Positions 58,083 to 64,000 of a stretch of 64,000 bases of DNA are shown one piece after another. The notes below the pieces were generated by a model. The model was not told where the DNA came from. It saw only the letters and a program-made list of their open reading frames with translations, and made no database searches. The first letter of the stretch is position 1. The number at the start of each line of letters is the position of its first letter. The translations under genes were made by a program, and so were the position numbers. This stretch comes from Eutreptiella sp. 'Long Island Sound 2002' (lineage: Eukaryota > Protista > Euglenida): NCBI GenBank assembly GCA_964036045.1, contig OZ038378.1:3720001-3784000 (forward strand), read 5' to 3'.

Positions 58083-60760
58083 ATGATCCAGAACAGACGG
58101 GGATCCAGGGACAGCCACATCCAGTTGGTTTCCAACCTCCGTGCGTGCTGGCAGCTGCGGATACGGGGTGACCCCTCATGGCCCTCAGCAATCACTGCTC
58201 TTTCACATCTTCTGCAAGAGGCACTGGCTGCCGAAGATGTTGACCTGCTGCCAGAGCATTGCGAGACCCTTGTGCAGTCCGTGCAGCGGATTCATAGCCT
58301 CGTTGCGGCGGTGCCGGAAGGGGGTCCTGCTGACGTCGAAGAGTTGCGACGGGATCACCTGACGGGCAATACATGTGCAGCGGCAAGCCCTACAGACTTG
58401 GCCTCTCGGTTGGGCTCATGCAGACGCGGCACCCCATCATGGCCTGTTGCACTCGTCGACCTCTCACAGTTCTTGGCCGAGGCACTTGCCTCAGCGGATG
58501 TGCGGCTGCGGCCAGAACAATGTTGTGCCATTCAGCTGGCTGCCCAGCACATGCGACGATCTGTTGCTCGGATGGAGATATTCATCGGTGAAATCAAAAG
58601 TCTGCAGGCAGTGAGTACATTCTCAGAGGCCACGTTGAACGGTATGCCGCTCCGATGGGTTTTGGAAACAGACGGTGACCTGCTTTTTATTGTCCGAGCA
58701 AGCAGTATGTAGCTGTGGGTCAAACCAGGCACCGCCCAGTCGAAAAAAAAAAGCGACTGTGAGCCCTGAAGGTGTTCCAATTGTGCTTTTGTGTGTGTCC
58801 ACCCTGTGCCAATCATGTCCATTGTGTGTCTGTTTCCTGTTTTATCACGATGAGCTTTGACTCTTCCTGCTGGTTTTGCCTGGCAGTTTCCCTGTGAATG
58901 CCAGAAGTGGTTCCTCAAGGTGTCCCCAGCTGTTGTGGTTTTTTGGGTTTCCATGATCTGTTAATCATCGTGAGCATGTCCATGCCTATGCAATTCGTTT
59001 TCTCTTCTCACCCACCATGATGGAAATTTTGTATTTTCCAGCTGTGTGCGTTGCATGAAGAAATTTGGGGTTTGGAGTACCGCTTCGGGAATATCAAGGC
59101 GTGGAGCCCGGGGGGGGCGACTCCGCGGGTCCTAGGACGCCAACTACCCCCCCCCCCCCCCTAGGGGCCTCCGGCCGACAGTTAGTTGTCAAAGGTATGA
59201 GCCCAAGGAGCCAACGGGCGCCGAAGGCGCCCCGGCGCCGAAGGCGCCCAACGGGGTTATGTAGCCATCTTGCCCACTGGGAAGGGGCGGTGCGAACTGT
59301 CGGATCACACCTGGGCCGCATACCCAACTGTTCGGAGGTGCCCGACACCCCCCCCCCCCCCGGGAACCGCCCTCCCCGGTGCCCCTACCAAAACCACCCC
59401 CTCCCAGAACCCCACCCCCTCCCAAACCCCCCCCCCCTCCTAGCCCCCCCCCCCCCCCCCAAGGGGCCTCCGGTCGACAGTTAGTTGGGGGGGTAGTTGG
59501 CGTCCAGAACCGAGGGGTCGCCCCCCCCGGGGCGTGGAGTGGAATGAAATTCCCTGTTGGGACTTGGGATGCATCACCTTTGCAGCAGTGACCTGGAGTG
59601 TGCAAGTCACAGCTGGGTTCTTGTTTTTTTTGGATGGTTGTTGGGAGGCTGAATGCGGATAGTGGCCTTAACCCCCCCCAAAATTTGTCCGATTTGTGAT
59701 TCATCCGAAGTTCACCACGTATATGTTCTTTGGGAAAACTGGTTGCGAATGCGAGGGTGGTATTAGATTAAAGGATCCCATGCTGCCAAGCGATATCATT
59801 TGGTGTGCTTGCGCTCGTGATCGCCTTTACTCTCTTCCTCCTCAGACTGATGCTCATGCATATACTCGTGCATGCCCATGTTCATGCTTGCCTTGCTTCT
59901 TCCCCAACTCTGCCGTCTGGCCAATCCTCGATTCTACCTTTGCTGTTGCATCAGACGGTGCTGCTGCGGCCCCTACGAAAGGCGATTTGCTGCCTCATTT
60001 GGATCGTGTCGGCGACCCCAGGGCTGCTGATGGCAGTGAATTGGTGAGTGGATGGCAAGAGAAAGTGCAAAAGATGCTGATGGATGCTGGGGCAGTGCAG
60101 GGGGATTATGACCGTGCTTTGGAAACGTATGAGGAGCAACTGGGTAGAATGATTGCAAAACGGGGCAGCAGCCATTTGGATGTCGCCACCATCTACAACA
60201 ACATGGGATCGGTGTACTTCTTCAAAGGGGAGTATGAGCAAGCTGTGAAAATGTACCAAAGGTCTGTGAATATGAAGGTTGCGCTGTTGGGCAAAAATCA
60301 CCCTGATGTTGCAAGCAGCTACAACGACCTACAGTCAGTGTACAAGTTTCTTCGTGGCAGCGCTTCAGCAGCGAAAGCAGGAGTACCTTCATTTGCACCT
60401 CCACTGGCAGCTGCTGTCGCGCCTGCCCATGCACCTACACCTCCTCCGGCTCATGCTCCTACGTCTTTGCCTGCGCTGGCCAAACCAGGAGTAAGAACAC
60501 AAAAAGGATCAAGAGGAAAACGACGAAGGGTGAGGGCGGGAGCAGGAGGAGGAGGGCGAACACAAGCACGAGCAGCAGCAAGAGCAGCAGCAACAGGAGT
60601 ACCAGCGGGGACCGATTCAGGATCAGGTGCTGATCCAAGGTTTAGTGCAGGAGCCGGAGCGAGAGCAGGGGCACGAACACAAGGTGGAGTGGGTGCTGGG
60701 GCAAAAGCAGGACCCCGGTCACGAGCATGGGTGCGGGTACGGGGACGGGTAGGGACATGA
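58083..60760 (+). CDS. TPR protein (kinesin-light-chain/NPHP3-like TPRs); exons 58083-58704 and 59955-60760
   Basis: HLDVATIYNNMGSVYFFKGEYEQAVKMYQRSVNMKVALLGKNHPDVASSYN is a TPR_12-type motif. Donor GTATGT at 58705 and acceptor CATCAG at 59954 are both phase 1. Start codon uncertain. Confidence 0.75.
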
Positions 60761-61395
60761 GGGGCACAAAGCAAGGAGAACAGGAGGTACGAAAATGGGC
60801 TGTACAGGGCAATCTGCTGCCCAACAACATGTGCAGTATGTGGCAGTTTGAGCAAGGAGGGAATGCTCCGAGGGATGGATTGTGTGAAAACGAACATTTC
60901 GATGGTTTCAAGTTCTGTCCAAATAATAATACTCAATTGTTGCTCTCACCTACACCAACGTGGGGTTGGCATATTTCCACTGGAGGAAATGGATCGCTTG
61001 GTTTCATTGAGATAGCAGTAATCTTTCAGTTTTGATGTCCTGAGGCCTTGCGTGGATTTCAGGGCCTACATTCATTGAAATGCCCAGATTCCGGGAAGTC
61101 TGACAATGGCTCAGGGTTAGCATCACTTGGAGTGACGCCCAGATTTCGGACACTCCAGAGCACTTGCTCAGGTTCAGGTGAGCCTGTATCCACCTCCCAG
61201 GTTCAAGACAGTACCCGCTAGGCTACACTTGTTTATATGGTTGTTGTTGTTCTACGAAAATATTATTATTACGACAGGAGGATTTCAATTAGCATATTTT
61301 CAGGAAAAGCGAGCGCTCTCTTGATATATAGTGTCACAGCGAGGGCGACCATGGTTTCCGAAATGAAACCATTGGCCGCTCTTGGCACCCAAAAC

Positions 61396-61396
61396 G

Positions 61397-61431
<35 letters not shown>

Positions 61432-61460
61432 GGTGTTGGTGTTGTTGTTGTTGGTGTTGG

Positions 61461-61503
<43 letters not shown>

Positions 61504-61526
61504 GGTGTTGTTGTTGTTGGTGTTGG

Positions 61527-61560
<34 letters not shown>

Positions 61561-61582
61561 ATTGTTGTTGTTGTTGTTGGTG
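61396..61582. repeat. (GTT)n microsatellite with GGT interruptions
   Basis: Read directly. Confidence 0.95.
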
Positions 61583-64000
61583 TTGCCGCGGCTGCTGCTG
61601 CTGTTGATGGTGGGGTGGTGCCGCCTGCTGTGACAAGGTATCAAGAGAGTGCTCGCAATACCTCGGTGGTGGCTGTGGCCAAAGGGTGGAAAAACAACAG
61701 CTGTCATGTGCCATACTGTGTCAGAGGAATCACTTTAATGAGTGCTTGGTCTGTGAGATTTTTCTTACCACATGGGGAAGTTCAATTTATTTCTGCAGGG
61801 TGCAATGTGAGTGCTCGCTCGGTATTTTTCAGTGCTTGCCTAGCACTTGCTGCAACTTAGGCTTGGGAAAGAACACTGGGGCTGAAGAGAGCCTGGGAGG
61901 CTTAAAGGACAGCCCGGGAGGCTTACAGGACAGCATGGGACAGGGGCCCAGAATTAGGTTTAGGACAGCCTGGTACAGTGGCCCATATTTAGCACGGTCT
62001 GGGACAGTTGTCGAATTGTATGCTTTCCCCTTTTAATTGTGAAGTTTGGTTTCTGTTTTATTGCCCTCGGGCTACTTATAAAAAGAGTGCCAGGCGATCC
62101 CTCTAGCTTGTCCAGCATGCAGCCCACCCACAGGGCAATGCACAGCAGGACAGGCAACTTCTGAACAGACCTGAAGAGGGCCAGCAGCGGAGCCTCTAGC
62201 TCTGTCGGCGCAGGAGGTTCCCGGCCAACGCAACCCATCGGGGAAGCACTGGCAGGATCCAGCCCCCCCAAGCCCAAGGCCTAAGCTCCTTAACATGCTT
62301 TCCTTCCCACTGTTCCACAGGATCGTTATGAACACACGCATCAGAAAGGCGTGCGGTTGCTTTGTGGAGTTTGCAATGGTGTTGTTCTGTTGCAGAGCTC
62401 AGAGGCAGGCTGTATCCTGACCCATGGGCCGCAGGAAGAACGGCGTATGAAGTTGTCAACCAAGCTGCGAATCCGAACAATAACACAATATAACAATAAC
62501 ATCCTGGCCTGTGTGTGGTGGTCATAGAAAGCAACAGAACCCTAACAACACCACCATGCACCTTGCTTTTTTTTGTTTCCTACAAGGTATCCTTGCTGCT
62601 GCGAGTCAGTTTAACATTGTTGAATTGCTCAGGGATCTGGGTAATGTGCCTAAACAAAGTGACCATCCCAGGTCCCTTTCCAATTGGTTCCACCCTCTTG
62701 CAGCTTTTGTATCATGGGCAGTTGCTTCTGCAAGAACGCAAACTAAACCTGCACCAAAGCCCTCTCGAACACGATTGCCAATGCATTCAACGTCAAATCT
62801 GACAGATGAGTGAATTCCTTTTGCTTTTTTTGTGCTTTCCGGTGTATTTGGTAGTGCATGTGATGTGTGTTGCAAAGAGTGATGGGGCTGAGGGGCTACA
62901 TGTCCGCATACGGTACACTGTTTTGCATTATTTTGTGTACAAGTGTGGGCAGCTTGTCAGGGCACCTTTACATTATGTTATCATAGTGTGTGTATGTGTT
63001 GCTAAGTGTTGGGTATGGCCAATGCATGTCCAGTTGCGCTGAAAATTGTGTGTGACCCCCCCCCCCCCCCTGAATAGGGGATTCAGGCTCAGGGCCAGAA
63101 GTAGGGAGTGGAGGGAGCACCCCCTCATCCCCACTGGTGGAGCAGGAGAGGGGGACAGCCTAGGGCACGCCTTGTGGAAAATAAATGCTTGTGAGTGGAT
63201 CACCCTTGCAATCACCCCGAGAGAGGTTGTTAGATCAAGCACAGGCGCGGGTGCCATACCGCCCTATTTTGGGGTCATTCGGGTAGCATACCCCTGTGGG
63301 TGATGTCGGATGTCCAACCCCTTGTAAAATCATCATTTTGGGAGACAAAAAAAAAATCCCCCAATGAATTTTTGGATTTTGATTTTGATCCCCCTACCCC
63401 CCGCTACCCGGACGCCATTTTTTTGGCAGTGGGGAGGGGGGTGGGGACAGAACTTTTTTGCGTATTGCGGCCGCTGTAGACCGATATGGACCCACGTCCC
63501 AAACAAATTTTTTCTTGTACATGGACCCCCTAACCTATGGCGGGGTCTCAGGTCCGAACTCTGGGTCCCCCCCCCCCCCCAGGCTATTGGCCCTTGCCAG
63601 CGAGTTGTTGCCCCTGGGATGGGTTTGGGTTATCATTTGGTGACGATATGGGTACTTAAGCACCCATAGGGACCCATGTAGTGGCCGCTAGGCCCATGTA
63701 GCCCGGGCCATGGGCCCCGCGAAAGCCCCAAAATTGCCGTTGTTTAGGGGGGAACGTTAGTGCGCCGGGCGCACGCCGGGCATCTTCTGTGACCCGTGCC
63801 CCACCGGTGGAGTGTTGCCGTTGATATGTTGGGCAACATTATATGGATTTGCCCCTTGGCCCCCGGGACATTAGCAGATGTTTTGATTTGGGATGGGTAT
63901 GGACCTTCTCGTACCCGAGGTGATTTCTTTGATTTCGAAGTTGGGGGCCATGATGGTGCTTATAAAGGCCGGATTCACGTCATTGTGCCATTCATTGGAA

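Noticed and set aside
61237-61860. Poly-Val, poly-Asn and poly-Leu ORFs
   Set aside because: Translations of the (GTT)n microsatellite.
1-64000. Euglenozoan spliced-leader RNA or non-canonical introns
   Set aside because: No SL sequence recognised; modelled introns are GT-AG except one tentative GC-AG.

Overview
Eukaryotic, transposon-dense genomic DNA with conventional GT-AG introns. It looks like a protist or alga, but the taxon cannot be fixed from the sequence. No rRNA, CRISPR array or convincing functional tRNA is present. Four host genes can be modelled by hand with phase-consistent splice sites: a kinesin-7/CENP-E-like motor (minus, 3289 to at least 636), an At4g00755-like F-box gene (5 exons, 7624-10670), a reprolysin-type Zn metalloprotease that can splice to a long Thr/Ser/Pro mucin-like exon (33645-47189), and a TPR gene (58083-60760). 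The rest is mostly mobile DNA: an intact L1-like LINE with APE, RT and RNase H, LINE remnants, hAT-type elements and MITEs with 8-bp TSDs, TIR elements with 6-bp TSDs, tRNA-like modules, minisatellites and a telomere-like array. The most striking observation is a pair of direct-orientation copies of a hAT-like element (18620-20535 and 56024-57602) carrying a transposase remnant spliced to a SAP domain. Neither copy has its own TSD, but the two outer flanks match (ACACTTG(C)). This suggests a ~39-kb composite transposon carrying the protease-mucin gene.
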